From positions 28,892,001 through 28,956,000 of the forward strand of contig OZ024755.1 in NCBI GenBank assembly GCA_964016885.1: DNA of 64,000 bases. The letters run 5' to 3'. A model generated the notes under the pieces. That model was not told the origin of the DNA. It was given only the letters and a program-made list of their open reading frames with translations, and searched no databases. Positions 42,101-57,149 of this stretch are shown here, piece by piece (positions within the stretch are counted from its first letter, which is position 1; each line of letters begins with the position of its first letter). Source of the stretch: Eledone cirrhosa (taxonomy: Eukaryota). Both the position numbers and the translations under genes were made by a program.

Positions 42101-43528
42101 TATACTAACATAAGCTCTGACCACGTCACTAAAAGACAGTAAAGAGACTTGTCCAAGAATCTAGTTAGGTTTATACTAACATAAGCTCTGACCGAGTCAC
42201 TAAAAGACAGTAAAGAGACTTGTCCAAGAATCTAGTTAGGTTTATACTAACATAAGCTCTGACCAAGTCACTAAAAGACAGTAAAGAGACTTGTCCAAGA
42301 ATCTAGTTAGGTGTATACTAACATAAGCTCTGACCAAGTCACTAAAAGACAGTAAAGAGACTTGTCCAAGAATCTAGTTAGGTGTATACTAACATAAGCT
42401 CTGACCAAGTCACTAAAAGACAGTAAAGAGACTTGTCCAAGAATCTAGTTAGGTGTATACTAACATAAGCTCTGACCAACTCACTAAAAGACAGTAAAGA
42501 GACTTGTCCAAGAATCTAGTTAGGTGTATACTAACATAAGCTCTGACCAAGTCACTAAAAGACAGTAAAGAGACTTGTCCAAGAATCTAGTTAGGTTTAT
42601 ACTAACATAAGCTCTGACCAAGTCACTAAAAGACAGTAAAGAGACTTGTCCAAGAATCTAGTTAGGTTTATACTAACATAAGCTCTGACCGCGTCACTAA
42701 AAGACAGTAAAGAGACTTGTCCAAGAATCTAGTTAGGTTTATACTAACATAAGCTCTGACCAAGTCACTAAAAGACAGTAAAGAGACTTGTCCGAGAATC
42801 TAGTTAGGTTTATACTAACATAAGCTCTGACCACGTCACTAAAAGACAGTAAAGAGACTTGTCCAAGAATCTAGTTAGGTGTATACTAACATAAGCTCTG
42901 ACCACGTCACTAAAAGACAGTAAAGAGACTTGTCCAAGAATCTAGTTAGGTGTATACTAACATAAGCTCTGACCACGTCACTAAAAGACAGTAAAGAGAC
43001 TTGTCCAAGAATCTAGTTAGGTGTATACTAACATAAGCTCTGACCACGTCACTAAAAGACAGTAAAGAGACTTGTCCAAGAATCTAGTTAGGTGTATACT
43101 AACATAAGCTCTGACCACGTCACTAAAAGACAGTAAAGAGACTTGTCCAAGAATCTAGTTAGGTGTATACTAACATAAGCTCTGACCACGTCACTAAAAG
43201 ACAGTAAAGAGACTTGTCCAAGAATCTAGTTAGGTTTATACTAACATAAGCTCTGACCACGTCACTAAAAGACAGTAAAGAGACTTGTCCAAGAATCTAG
43301 TTAGGTGTATACTAACATAAGCTCTGACCACGTCACTAAAAGACAGTAAAGAGACTTGTCCAAGAATCTAGTTAGGTGTATACTAACATAAGCTCTGACC
43401 GAGTCACTAAAAGACAGTAAAGAGACTTGTCCAAGAATCTAGTTAGGTTTATACTAACATAAGCTCTGACCAAGTCACTAAAAGACAGTAAAGAGACTTG
43501 TCCAAGAATCTAGTTAGGTTTATACTAA
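36145..43528. repeat. 71-bp tandem satellite, 104 units, with higher-order structure
   Basis: Unit cataagctctgaccaagtcactaaaagacagtaaagagacttgtccaagaatctagttaggtgtatactaa. 7384 bp = 104 x 71, no indels seen. Confidence 0.98.
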
Positions 43529-44394
43529 GAATCGACTATATATGGTACAAGTCAATGAAATATCAACTGATTATGTTATACCGTAAACATTAGCACCATG
43601 TGCATATTTTAACTGACAACGAGGCTATCATTCTTATCACCTTGAGATTTGTCTCCCATCTACATCATGCCATATATAAAACAGAGAAGTTGGGAGTATT
43701 ATACTAACGTGTATACGTGTATGTATATGGATATGAGTATGAGTGTGTGTGAATATCTGCTTAACTATATTTAATGAAACTGTAGGAAAAATGGAATGGG
43801 TGTTTGAATATTAAAGCATAGGAATAACTACATTCTTGATATATGTACCCTATGTATAGATATTCAACCCTTTTAAATGTCGTTAATAAACAGTATTTTG
43901 TCATGACACAATTTTGATCTCCAGTACGAAAGATTTTTCATTCATAAATGCCCGCTTAATGCCTTACACTTCCTATTTTTGTAGGCGGGGATTGGTGTAT
44001 ATATAGACAAGCTATGGTAACATTAATCTATTTGTGTAATTCTCCGTCTTTCTGTATGTATGATTACAAGCACGTGTTTCTAGTGTGCTTATATGACTGT
44101 CGACATGAGTGTATAATGAAATGGAAAACTACAGACACGCTAGCTTGTACGTCGGTTGTTTTCTGGATCAAAAGCCTTAGACGAAGTCAACATTCTAAAT
44201 TGCATGCTGAAAGACGGTCCCAGTGCTGCGTTGTGTACGATGCAAACTACCGTATTTGTAACATAGATATGCCACACACCCCACCATCTTTGGCGTAGAA
44301 AGACAAACGCTACCCCTATGTCTGATGATTTGGGCGATTGAATGTCGTGGAATATATCAGAGAAGGTATATATATATATATACATATATATATT

Positions 44395-44425
<31 letters not shown>

Positions 44426-44577
44426 TTAAAAAATAACAGATTAAAGTTTTTAGCAAAGAACCGCTGCTTTCACCCTTAACGGGATCTTCTGAAACTCATA
44501 TCTTATATATTTTATATATATTTATCGTTATCGAGCCCTCTTTGGATTTTAGTCTTCACATTTATTATTATTACTAT

Positions 44578-44669
<92 letters not shown>

Positions 44670-45205
44670 ATGTGTGTGTATAAACTTTTTTCTGCCTACT
44701 ACATCAATTCTTTCACCAGGGTAACCAAGGAAAGGAATATTCCCTCAGCCATTTAGCCAAATACACCACATGGTTTGATTCTCGAGTATCACTTAGCAGA
44801 CAGCTAGATATATCTATATATTAAATTATTGTTTCATATTCCTTTACAGATCAGCAGTGTTCGGTCGCACTGAACATTCAACGATGTTTTGGATTTACCA
44901 TATAATCTTTGGCATTGACCTGAAATCCTTGGAAGAAATATAACCTGATTAGTGTGTTGTTATGGTCTACGAAATGTGGCTCATATAATCTTTTAGAAGG
45001 ATTTTATTTCTCCTTCTATAGAACGCAAATTTCGGTATTTCATGAACTGGTAATATCTCTTAACGTCTGGCAATATTTCGTACGTGAGACATCTATCGTT
45101 GATTCAACGAGAAAGTTAATGACACTATGTGAAACAATGCGAGATTACTGATAACTATATATTGCTTTAACTAGATGATTTGTGAATCGTGAGGAACGGC
45201 ATTAT

Positions 45206-45395
45206 GCGGTGGATTGGCAGTATCGGTAGAGTGTCGGACGCCATGCTTTGCAGCATAGAGTTACGGCCCTTTATGATCTGAGTTCAAATCCCGCCGAGGT
45301 TAACTGCCTTTCATCCTTACGGGGTCGATAAAATAAAGTACCAGTAATGCACTGGATTAATTGCTGGCCTTGTGCCTAAAGTAGAAATAATTATT
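45206..45395 (+). mobile_element. Full-length tRNA-derived Nin-domain-type SINE
   Basis: A-box tggcagtatcgg, B-box gagttcaaatcc, core gcctttcatccttacggggtcgataaaataaagtaccag, tail gtagaaataattatt. Confidence 0.92.
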
Positions 45396-45655
45396 CTATC
45401 TTATGTTAGAAGGATTCGATAGCGAATGAAACTCTCTCTCCAGTAGAAACCAACCCTTGCAAAAGATGTTTACGAACAAAATAATGAATCTGCTGAGATA
45501 TAATATTGAGTAAATCAAGAAAAATCAAGCATAAATTAAGGCTTTGCAGAAACTATTTAAGCATTTGGCGCGTAAATTGAGTCCATTAATCCTGTTCGTA
45601 AGTCGAACCCAGTAGATGTCACGAAACCCTGCTCTTGGTAGTTACTTAGCCAACG

Positions 45656-45833
45656 TGGCAGTATAGGTAGAGGGTCGGACGCCATGCTTTCCAACATAGT
45701 TACGTCCCTTTACGGTCTGAGTTCAAATCCCGTTGAGATCAACTTTGCCTTTCATCCTTACGGAGTCGATAAAATAAAGTACCAGTGATGTACTGAGTAA
45801 TTGCTGGCCTCGTGCCAAAAGTAGAAACAATTA
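45656..45833 (+). mobile_element. Nin-domain-type SINE
   Basis: Same consensus as 45206-45395. Confidence 0.92.
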
Positions 45834-46507
45834 CAGTCACACTATAGACTCTGGTTGGTGAACTTGATAATATCTCTATCTCAATTCACATTGTATAACA
45901 GTTGTCCACTCTTACTGACATATGGGATAATCTAAGGAATTGATTTGGCAACCGCATTCATACTGTTCATATGCATCACCCTTGATTTAATCTCATATAC
46001 TTGAGAGACAGTTCCTTCTGTAAAAGACTTTTAACCCAAACCACATCTGGCGCTAAATAATAGATAAGCGCTATAAAACTTGTATCGTGAGTGTATACAG
46101 CTCAAAGCCATGGTTTTGCTCCTGGTCAATACTAATATAATTCAACTTCTTAGACAATCACTATACCAACTCTTACATACCAAATTATGCAGGGTGAATG
46201 TGTTAATTGCTACAAATTTTATAAATATATTGATCTGATTGACTATTTCTGATCATAGATTATATTTCTTTTATTTGCCGCAGTACGTTGAAATGTCAAG
46301 TGATAAGAAATTAAATTTGTGAGCAACACAAGAGAAGTTGTGGGTCTAGTACTACGCTTGTGTGTACTCCAGTATTAGACATTCCATCTTGGCAGCGACC
46401 AATTACTTCGTCATATCACCCCAAAAGATGTAAGTAAATTATGGGTTTGGATGCCGTCAGTAACTCGTCTGAAACGCTGCCCCCTGGGAACTTTACACAC
46501 ACACACA

Positions 46508-46547
<40 letters not shown>

Positions 46548-48200
46548 TACACATGCACATATACACACATACACACATACAGGGACACGCACACATACAT
46601 ACACATACGCATATACTGAACTGCAATACTCCCTTTCAAACACTCTACCTTACAAACCATTGGCAGACATTTCCAAGAGAAGGGTTTCTTCATAAGCAGG
46701 ATACTTTCTTACACTTCAATGATAGACATCAGGATTATTGTGGCTTTCAATATTCAATGGTTCTTTCGAATGCAGTTCAGTTACCATCAACATCTCACCG
46801 TAGAAGATACTGATGAACATGTTGAAGGGTAAGTCTATGTGAATTTGCAGAATCGTATAATTTGCTGAATTTGCTGTGCTAATAATACATTTGCGAGAAA
46901 TCTTCAGACGGGGAAATGTTTCCTAAACAAACACCATTACTCCTAAACGTAGAATCGTATCGAGATTTTTAGGGAAACATTTCTTTAGAATATGTAAGTA
47001 ATGACAGAAGAAGTCTACAAGTAATTACAGAAAATGCCGTCCCACTGTGAATTATGTGGGGAAATATTTTTATATAAAACCATCTTCAATAAAAATAACA
47101 ATATACGGCGATGTTTGCAAGGTTTTTTTTATAAGAAATCATATGTTGAAGCATATATTGTTATATCTGGAAGAATACAACGGGAGGAAATATGAAAACA
47201 TAATAATTACTGACGATGTCAGAGATGCGTGTGAAATTTGAATTTGAAGAACTATTTATATTTATATGTTTAACTGTTGGTCAAAAATTTAGCTGGCAAT
47301 CAATGTTTACCAATGATAAACAATGATAAACATTGATTGCCTGCTAAATTATTTACAGAAATATAAAGATATACTGAGGCGAAAACCAAACCAAACAGTG
47401 AGTGTTATTTACTATATTTTTCTGGCAAGAAGAGGACAACATGACCCTCTCCAAATATAACATAATACGTATTATCGTCAAACCGTTTCATCACGAAATA
47501 TGTGGAAAATAATTTGAAACTCATTCACTGCATGAAAGGCACGAAATCATTATCCTTTACAAACATGTGGGAAGGCTTTTCTTTCTACATAGTTTGTTTG
47601 TTGTCAAATGCGCTAAAGATTACACACTGCAGTGAAACACTATCTCTGTGAAATATGCGGGAACTTTTTCTACGATACTTTAAATCTCTTACGCTCCTTC
47701 GCGATAACAATGCAAAAAAACAACAACTATTGTATGATATGTGGGAAATAATTTATCACTAATGGTTCCTTAAAACACATACAAGAATAAACATTGACAA
47801 ACATATCGCTGTGTGATGTGTGGGGAATCAGTTTTAATAAGATTAATTTAGACACACACACACACACAATTATAAAGACAGACAGTAGGGAATACTGCCA
47901 TTGTGAAATGTACAAGGAAAATGTTTTTAATGATAGAGATTGAGTGACTGCCCTCATGAGGTGGGGATACTTGAATAAAGTAATGTCAAAAGAAGTGTCA
48001 GGGTGACGACAAATTGCGTCGGTTTTTTTTATTGTATGTTTTACATTCTAATTTAAATACATAGTGGATGTATAGATCAAGATGAACCTCCGATATTAGA
48101 AGGGAGATAATAATATGTATGGCTGGATAAATGTATGGTTTGTATGGTTTAATCTACATAGCTTTACATAAATACATACATGCATCTATAAATACATACA

Positions 48201-48285
<85 letters not shown>

Positions 48286-48372
48286 CACGCTTTGCTTTTT
48301 TTCCATCCACTGAATTATTTTTGTATAAGTTCCCTGTGTCCACGTATTGCCTGGAAACTTAGCTGAGAATAG

Positions 48373-48454
48373 ACTTCCCTGATGACGAAAGGCTTCTCCG
48401 TACGTTTCTTCGGAAGCTATGTTTATTCCCTTTCAGAAACTAATTAGTTGGAGT
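48373..48454 (+). ncRNA. Type I hammerhead ribozyme, intact core (family D copy 2)
   Basis: acTTCC-CTGATGA-c-GAAAGG...CCTTTC-a-GAAA-CTAATTAG-TT-GGAGT. Confidence 0.85.
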
Positions 48455-48519
48455 GAAATTTTAGTAACTAGGTTAATTTTATAATTTTCTTATTTTACGA
48501 CTCTCATATTATATATATT

Positions 48520-49110
<591 letters not shown>

Positions 49111-49146
49111 ATATATATATATATATATATAAAGATGGTGGATAGT

Positions 49147-49389
49147 TGCTACACGAGAATGCTGGACATGCTCACCGACCACCAGAGTTGACACTGCACT
49201 CAGTGCTCCTGTGGGAGCCCCTACATGGACACACGGGAAGAGGAAGACCAAGGTTAACGTATGTTGATGCACTAAGGATAGACACTCGTCTGTTGGAGAC
49301 GCAGGACATGCAAGTGATAATGAGGGACAGAGACCGCTGGAGAGAACTCGTCCATGGATCTCGGGAATTTTACCCGCCCTAGATAGATA
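49147..49389 (+). mobile_element. RTE-like LINE 3' end
   Basis: AGHAHR...VLLWEPLHGHTGRGRPRLTYVDALRIDT...DRDRWR. Short (TAGA) tail. Confidence 0.8.
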
Positions 49390-49608
49390 TATATTATATA
49401 TATGTAGTTTTAAAATATATTACAAACCAGATACACACAGATAGAAGAAGCAATCAACTAGTGACAAATATATAAACATATCAATAAATAAATAAATAAC
49501 CCACCCAACCCCCGTATATAACGCATGCGCGAACCAAGTACACAGCACACAACATACAAAAACAAGATAATGTAAAACAGAGCGAAAGAGAGACACACAA
49601 TAACAAAT

Positions 49609-49655
49609 TAGTCACTGAGGAGGTCACAGAATGTGTGACAAAAGAGCTTTGACTA
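49609..49655 (+). ncRNA. Degenerate type I hammerhead (family G)
   Basis: TAGTCA-CTGAGGA-gGTCACA..TGTGAC-aAAA-GAGC-TT-TGACTA. Element 49580-49773 is homologous to 62980-63165. Confidence 0.65.
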
Positions 49656-49772
49656 TATAGTAACGACATTCCGTTTATTAAAACAACCAACCGGAAATTT
49701 GTAATAAATTGAAGTGAAAACTAACAGGTGCGTGTGGTTTTATATGAAGCAAAGCCCTCCCAGAATGTAACA

Positions 49773-49839
<67 letters not shown>

Positions 49840-49872
49840 TATATATATATATGTGGGTGTGTGTGTGTGTGT

Positions 49873-49949
<77 letters not shown>

Positions 49950-50017
49950 TATCATGTACTGATTGGGCCATAAATGTTCTTATTTGGCTTCGTTGATGCT
50001 GTACTAAATTTTGTATT

Positions 50018-50048
<31 letters not shown>

Positions 50049-50541
50049 CTGTGTGTCTGTGTGTGTCTGCGTGTGCGTGTGCGTGTGTGTGTGTTTGTAT
50101 TATTAGCTAAGGAGATATTAATACCGCTTCCCTCACAGAAAATATTGCCTCACATGAGCCTGTGTCTGATAGTTACCTCTCCAGCTGTAGAAGGTATGCA
50201 GACAACTAACCACACGATGTCATTAGACGGGCTATGTTGTCAAAAGTCATTTTAAAAACGGAAAGGACACGATAATGAGTCACAACTTGCACTGAGATTC
50301 CCAGATGACTTCTTAATAATGAATATAATGCCTACCACTTGCAAGGGTGCGTTCCTATAAAATATAGGGATCACGTTTTACATTAAAGCAAACGATGCAT
50401 TAGAAATATTCACAGAACATAGTTACACTGACACAAACACTCACTCATACACACGAGCGGAAAGAGTAACAGCATAAGTCTTACCCTTACTTACTAAACC
50501 GCACACTCTCTCTCTCCCTCTTTATACACGCACGCACATAT

Positions 50542-50609
<68 letters not shown>

Positions 50610-50860
50610 AGATCAAAAGATGGTTAAAAGATGGTTAAAAGAGTTGCATGTATTTTATTGTGCGCATTTCAAAAACAAATATCATCATGCAATAACATTT
50701 GCGTTTTCGTCAGATAAAATAGGGAGACATGATATGAAGGTTAAAACACACTTGTGAATAGTGCAGTTTTAAATCAACATATGAAAAGTAGTTTTAGATT
50801 GTTGTGTGATATTGGGAAAAATATCCGATATCTGCATTGCTTTATCGTACCACAATAAAA

Positions 50861-50968
<108 letters not shown>

Positions 50969-51034
50969 CCCGTTTTGAATTGATCGCATGCGGTCTCTTT
51001 TAGGAGTATGTCACATTTTATACATCTAATATTG

Positions 51035-51094
51035 TATTTTGTCTGAAGAAGGCATGCTATGACTTAGTATCCCAGAAATATATATAACGGAATA
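51035..51094 (+). ncRNA. Type I hammerhead (family F copy), intact core
   Basis: TATTTTGT-CTGAAGA-agg...cca-GAAA-TATATA-TA-ACGGAATA. Confidence 0.65.
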
Positions 51095-51096
51095 AA

Positions 51097-51282
51097 TAAT
51101 TGTTTCTACTTTTGGCACAAGGCCAGAAATTACCCAGTGCATTACTGCTACTTTATTTTATCAACCCCGTAAGGATGAAAGGCAAGGTTTGCCTCGGATG
51201 GATTTGAACTTAGAACGGAAAGAGCCGTAACTCCATGCCTCAAAGCATGGCGTCCCTCTACCGATATTGCAAATCCACCGCC
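51097..51282 (-). mobile_element. Nin-domain-type SINE inserted in pLTR family F
   Basis: SINE consensus. pLTR homology to 31560-31640 resumes afterwards. Confidence 0.88.
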
Positions 51283-52199
51283 CTCATTATGACGAAATAA
51301 ATAATGATGCTATAGTGATATATATTCCATTTATTACTATTATTATTATAATACTCCAGATACATTTTTACATGTCGAGTGCTTCGCATCTGTTATGAAC
51401 ATAACTCTGTTGATTACATATCAACGAAGTCTCTAACTCATCGTTTAATATATATATATGTGTGTGTGTATGTGTGTGTGTGTGTATATAAGGCATTTCT
51501 CTATGATAATAGAAGAAATGAGGAGAATCTAGAACGAAATCGGAGTTTCAACGTTGACTATGGATTTGAATTAAAAAAGAAACTACCAGGCGATTAACAG
51601 CAAAACGTTTTATGTATGTTTATTATAGAGAAACATATGTTATATACATCCATATACACCTATATCCTGAATCATATGTTGTGTGTTTAAGTCTGTGGGT
51701 GGGGTGTAGGACAGGAGTTAATTATGATTTTAAAATCTTTCTTTTTTTTTAAGTTTTATAAATCAAGTTGTCCGCAGTAGAAATAAGGCTTTCTTGCATT
51801 TTATTTCAGTTTAATTTTAAAATTGGAAACTGACAGTCGTTTCTTTCCATTTTCTTAATTTGAGTTAGGTTTTCTCTTTAACACTTTATTTTTTTTCCTG
51901 CATTTTCTTTTAACAGAATTTAGCTTGATTCAGTTTGTGATTTGTAAGCACACCTTGGTTTTATTACCTTGCGTTTTATTGTTTACCTTTTATTCATGTA
52001 ATTAGGTAGTTCGTGTTAGTTCTAGACGTGATTGGAATGCTACAATATTTAACAAAAATAATCTAAAACTGAGGATTTATTAGCTTTTTAAAAGACAAAA
52101 TTTATTCATTGAACACCTACTTATCAACGCCACACAGTCTGACGTATTATAAAACGGGGGCAGATATCTATAAAATAAAAACTACCTCTGGTAATCTCA

Positions 52200-53360
52200 A
52201 CATCTTTCCTGTTATAATCAATATCTTGCTATCTACATTCATGGCCCATAAAACAAACTGGATTAAAGAAGAAACAGATTTTTGCAGTAATTATATCCAA
52301 GAATCAATAGTCCAGGTATTTCGAATTACATCTCAATCCGCAGCAGACGCGGCTCTTCCAACCATATCACTGGCTCAAACTGCTTGTGACTTCCTCCAAA
52401 TCTGGTACAGACATATACATACTTGGAGGTTAATGAAGGTTCTGACATTCAGCACGCAAGTATAAAAGAGAGGATGAGGAAGGAATGTTACAGGAGAGTA
52501 CACGTAGCTCTGAAATCAGAACTAAATGGTCATAACACGGTATTAGCCATAAATTCCTTGGCAGTTCCATTTGTCACTTATAGCTTCGGTGTGTTGAACT
52601 GGAATATAAGTGAAATTAAAAGAATCGACACCAAAATCCGTAAGTTACTGACTTGTAATGGGATATACCACCTGAATGTAGATGTGGATCGTCTTTACCT
52701 TCCTAGAACTCAAAGAGGCCGTGGCCTGATCCAATTTGGACTTACCTACTATTGGATTGGTACGTTGAAATTCGTTGAAAAACTGGAGAGAAGTAAGAAG
52801 TGTCATTCTCTCTTGAAGGAGAGTAACATTTATGCTACTGATCTCATTATTGAACCCCATGTTGGACAGACTAAGGGAACGGTTGTAACTTATGCTGTTA
52901 CTCATATGAAATTAATGGCAAAAGCAAAATGGCAAACATGTGGACCGTAGCAATCAAGCTAATGTTGACCAGAAGCACATTCATCAGTGGCTACGTAGTC
53001 CATGGTTAAAAGCAGATCGCGAAGACTTCATCTTAGCTGCTCAAGATCAAAGCTTACTGACACGGAATTACCAGGCGAATGTTATGAAAAATGAAGTAAA
53101 TCCAAAGGGCTGATTTTGCAATGATGAGGATGAAATAGTCGACAACTTAATCTCTGGATGTAAACTTTTAGCAAGAGTAGAGTACAAATCCAGACATGAC
53201 ACAGTTGGCCAATATCTACACTGGTTAATATGTCGGCATTATAAAATCTAAACTAGCGCTACAATCATTCTGAGGCTGTAACTGAAGAAGAAAAAGTAAC
53301 GATTCTTTCGGACTTTCCTGTACATGCTGACCCGACCATAAAAGCTAATACATCTATATT
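52200..53360 (+). pseudogene. R4/Dong-clade non-LTR retrotransposon (RT thumb, zinc knuckle, REL endonuclease start)
   Basis: YTYLEVNE...YRRV..ALKSELN..N...AINSLAVP.VTYSFG..W...DTKIRKLL...DVDRLYLPR...GRGL; AAQDQSL.TRNY; LISGC...EYKSRHD; TILSDFPVHADPTIKAN. Confidence 0.88.
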
Positions 53361-53538
53361 CTATTGTTATTTTTATCGTCAAAAACCCAATAAACCACTG
53401 ACTGCCCTTTAGATAATCAATGACAGTATTTTTCACAAAGATTCATTCAATGAATAAAATAAGTAATTAGATCGATCTAACAGATTCTAACACTTCTATC
53501 AAGTTTTGTCGTGTGTCTATCAGAGAACTGATAAATGT

Positions 53539-53600
<62 letters not shown>

Positions 53601-54249
53601 GATACATAGCTTTGTATCTTATATATATATATATATAAATATATATAAATGTAACTCCAAAGAATCATTAGATAAAATATATACACTATTTCCTCAGTAT
53701 AAATCAACCACATAAAAATCATTTAAACGAGGCTATAAGTTTAAAATGTACTTATGAAGAAATAATAGACAAATTATACAGATTATTTTCCGCGATGTAC
53801 AGCCATATGACACTTATCTAATTATTTCTTCTAGCCTGTAGAAATTGACTATACAAATAGTTAACTACACGGAATTAGGTACAAAATAGAAGTTTGATGA
53901 AAAAATGCACATACATTTTACCAGAATTCTCAGTCCCTACCACCCAGTGGTTTCGTTCCGCTTATTGGATATACCCGGTCTTGGATAAATCCACGAAGAA
54001 ATGAATTCAAAATGGCTAAGAACCATCACGTGGCCAGTGGTAAAGGCAGAAACTGTGTGATTGGTTCCTGTCGGCGAGTAGTCTGGTTGCTGGAAAGCGC
54101 AGCCGAATACTGCCTGAAGTTTTACTCAACATTACGGGAGTATATATTAAATTCAAAGGGTAAATATATATAATTAGACATAGTCACAGATACATATATG
54201 AGTTTGGCAACCATTCATGTTGTGGCTCAATGAAGAATTAATTAAATAA

Positions 54250-54640
54250 TTGCAACCTGTCTGATGGTCGGGTCGTCGGCGATTAAACCGGCAACCCCAC
54301 CAACTTGCTTGGTGAGAAGGGTGATATTGATCGGTTAAAGGGCGGAGGAACTCAGCAGAGTCAACGACCATCCAAATACTAGTTTTTCTTTTCACCTGGG
54401 AGTTAAAGGCCCCCAGTTATTGTCACAACACCTTTCTAAGAGAGGGAATCTCTGAAAAAAAAACCTGCGGCTTTGGAAGCATCCGATGATGTTGACCACT
54501 TCTTTTCGGGTAGTGTTTTCGATGCTCACAGAGTATATTGGTCGAGTGAAAGGCCTTTCCCCACTTAAAAGACCTCCAGGGCACAGACATTGCCTGTTTG
54601 TTTGGCTGGCCGTAGCCTAAAAGTGCACCAAACTCTGATG
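54250..54640 (+). repeat. Interspersed repeat family Y
   Basis: Homologous to 10995-11410. Confidence 0.78.
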
Positions 54641-55715
54641 AGCAATTGCTTATAGCTTTAATTGAATGGAATAAAGGTGTGAGTAGCGTATTGGTGTAAT
54701 GGTTAGCACAGTGGTCCGGCAAACCAAAGATTTTACTTCGTGTCCCATGTACGTCAATACTCATTCCTTCTTTCCATTCTGGGTGTTTTTAAAATCCCAA
54801 CTAATAGACTAATTTACTTAGTCAAATACTGCGTAAACACTATTTACTAGTATATTATTAGTTCCAAACTTGTGATCTTTAAAAGTGTGCCGACGATAAA
54901 CCATGAATAGTATCGTTGTTGATTTTCCCTCGCTGTTACTGTTTCCTTTCCTAATAATTCTATGTTGTTTTTACTAAATAAATGTGTGCCATGATTCTTA
55001 TTTTAAACTTATTTTTACAAAAATATATATTTACACAATATGAATTTGTCGAAAAGAAACCATAAATACCAATAGAAAAAATAACACGAATGAGAAAAAG
55101 ATTGGTGTAAAATGTAGATATTTTTAGCAAGATATAATAGAAATTATGTAAGATGTATAGATTAAATGCAATGGAAAGAGATAAAGTGTGAAAGAAATGT
55201 GGATGCAGCAACAAAAATGTTTCTAAAATTTAAAAGGCTTCCACTTAAACTCTATTACTAAAACACATTTCTATAACAAGTGGGTAACTTTAGAACATTG
55301 GACGTTTACAATGTATAAGATTCTAATCTAGCCATTTGCTTGGCATTTGCTCCCATCACTTCAAACACACCCATATCATGAAGGCTGCGTTTAATGTTTA
55401 TTTTTTCCGACATTTTATTGAGTAAAAAAAGATAAATAAATACAACGCCATACGAAATCGTTTTAAAACGTAACTTTTGAAAAATATATTCAACAATTCT
55501 GAAGTAAAAATGTAGAAAATACATTATTACTATGACAACATTCATAACACCACCCCAAAATGTTTTAGAAATTTGCAATTTGTTAAATGTGACTACATAA
55601 TTAAATACACATACACGATATATACACACATACATACATATAGACTCATATGCGTATGTTTTCAAATAATACGCACTAACAGACATGCCCACATGTGTGT
55701 GTGTGTTTGTCTATA

Positions 55716-55842
<127 letters not shown>

Positions 55843-56379
55843 GGGAAGATATATATAGATATAGATATATATATACACGTATATATATATATATATATAT
55901 GAATACATATATACATATATATATTTACAAATATACATGTATATATATATATATATATTTTTATATATATATATATGTGCGTGTGTATGTGTATGTACTA
56001 ATATATATGTTATTGTTTTGTAGTGAGACTATTTATGGGACATGCCTTATATAGCAAAACAGTACACCCAAACACTCCATTATTTTATGTTCCAACTGTA
56101 TCATCTACATAAAAAAATATCCGACAGGTCTGTTTTAAAAGTATTTACAACTGACACATTCCATAGTGATTTAAACCTATATCTGTAGGAATTTAGTGTC
56201 TTATTTTATACATAAGTGTCAACATCAACCAGCAATGGCATTGGTGCTTAGGATCATGACTCTGCAAGAGGCAACGAGGAAATATCTTAAGGTATAGAGT
56301 CTCTCACTAACGATGTTGACAGCAGATCAGAAAAAGAAGTTTGATTGTTCAAAGGGAAGACTGCCGCCCTCTCTTATTA

Positions 56380-57060
56380 CGCTAAAATCCGCCAGTTGCA
56401 GACTCCGAATCAATATGAGATATTTCTCTCCACAAAGTTTGATCACCAGCAGCAGAGTTCAAAGAGCAAAGATCAAGTCCAGTCCATAAGTTGACATTGT
56501 CATGCCATCGCTTTGGCTGCCGGCCGTTGCTCCTCCTACCAGCCAACCTTCTCATACCAGGCATAGCCTTCTCACACCACGAGTTCTTTTTATGTGATCG
56601 TATAGTTTGAGTACTCTTGACTTGACAATTGATGTAATTGGTCTAAGTGACCTTGTCGTCCAGTTAACACAGTCAAGACCATATAACACAACTGATAGGA
56701 TGTAAGTATCAAAGATCTTAGTCTTGAAATGATAGGAAACTGCCACCCTACTGCTTCCCTAATATGTTGTCAGTTTCTTCATCGCGGCCGACAAGTTGGA
56801 GTAGACACTGCCCCGGACAGCGGCAAGGGCGACGTGTTGGAACAGCCACTCAACTTCATAGAACTCATACTTGCGGGAAGCCAACTCCGCCCTGATAGCA
56901 ATGAGCAGTGATGTGGTCCCAGGGCGAAGAATGCCGATAAGTATTCGTTCTTTTAGCCTGTAGAGACATCGAAACCTTACAGTGACTCATGAAAAGAATT
57001 GCATGTTGGTTGGTTGATATAATACTGTATACGTTTTTTCCCATATGACGGCAACCCAAG
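56380..57060 (-). mobile_element. Internally deleted RTE LINE (APE remnant joined to 3' end)
   Basis: QGGVGF (APE-like), KTKIFDTYILSVVLYGLD (thumb), RRSNGRQPKRWHDNV. 3' end matches 15243. Confidence 0.8.
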
Positions 57061-57149
57061 GTTCCTATGTGGGGCTCTTCTAGCTGTATTTAGTTAGTCA
57101 GGTCTAATGACTATTCCCAGCGTTTACATAAATAGGTTCACCCTCGACA

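Noticed and set aside
36145-43528. CRISPR array or coding repeat
   Set aside because: Units are contiguous with no unique spacers, there are no cas genes, the context is eukaryotic, and the ORF track shows no ORF here.
36145-43528. Satellite monomer as a hammerhead (ctgaccgagtc-aataaaa-gac-agtaaa resembles CUGANGA-GUC..GAC-GAAA)
   Set aside because: Core spacing is wrong, GAAA is absent, there is no stem III/UH, and the majority variant is ctgaccaa. The resemblance is probably chance.
44318-44362. Hammerhead at ctgatga...ggaatatatc
   Set aside because: GAAA is mutated and stem I does not pair. Similar weak hits at 53940-54040 were also not accepted.
45206-45300. tRNA gene
   Set aside because: The A/B boxes belong to the SINE head, and there is no complete cloverleaf.
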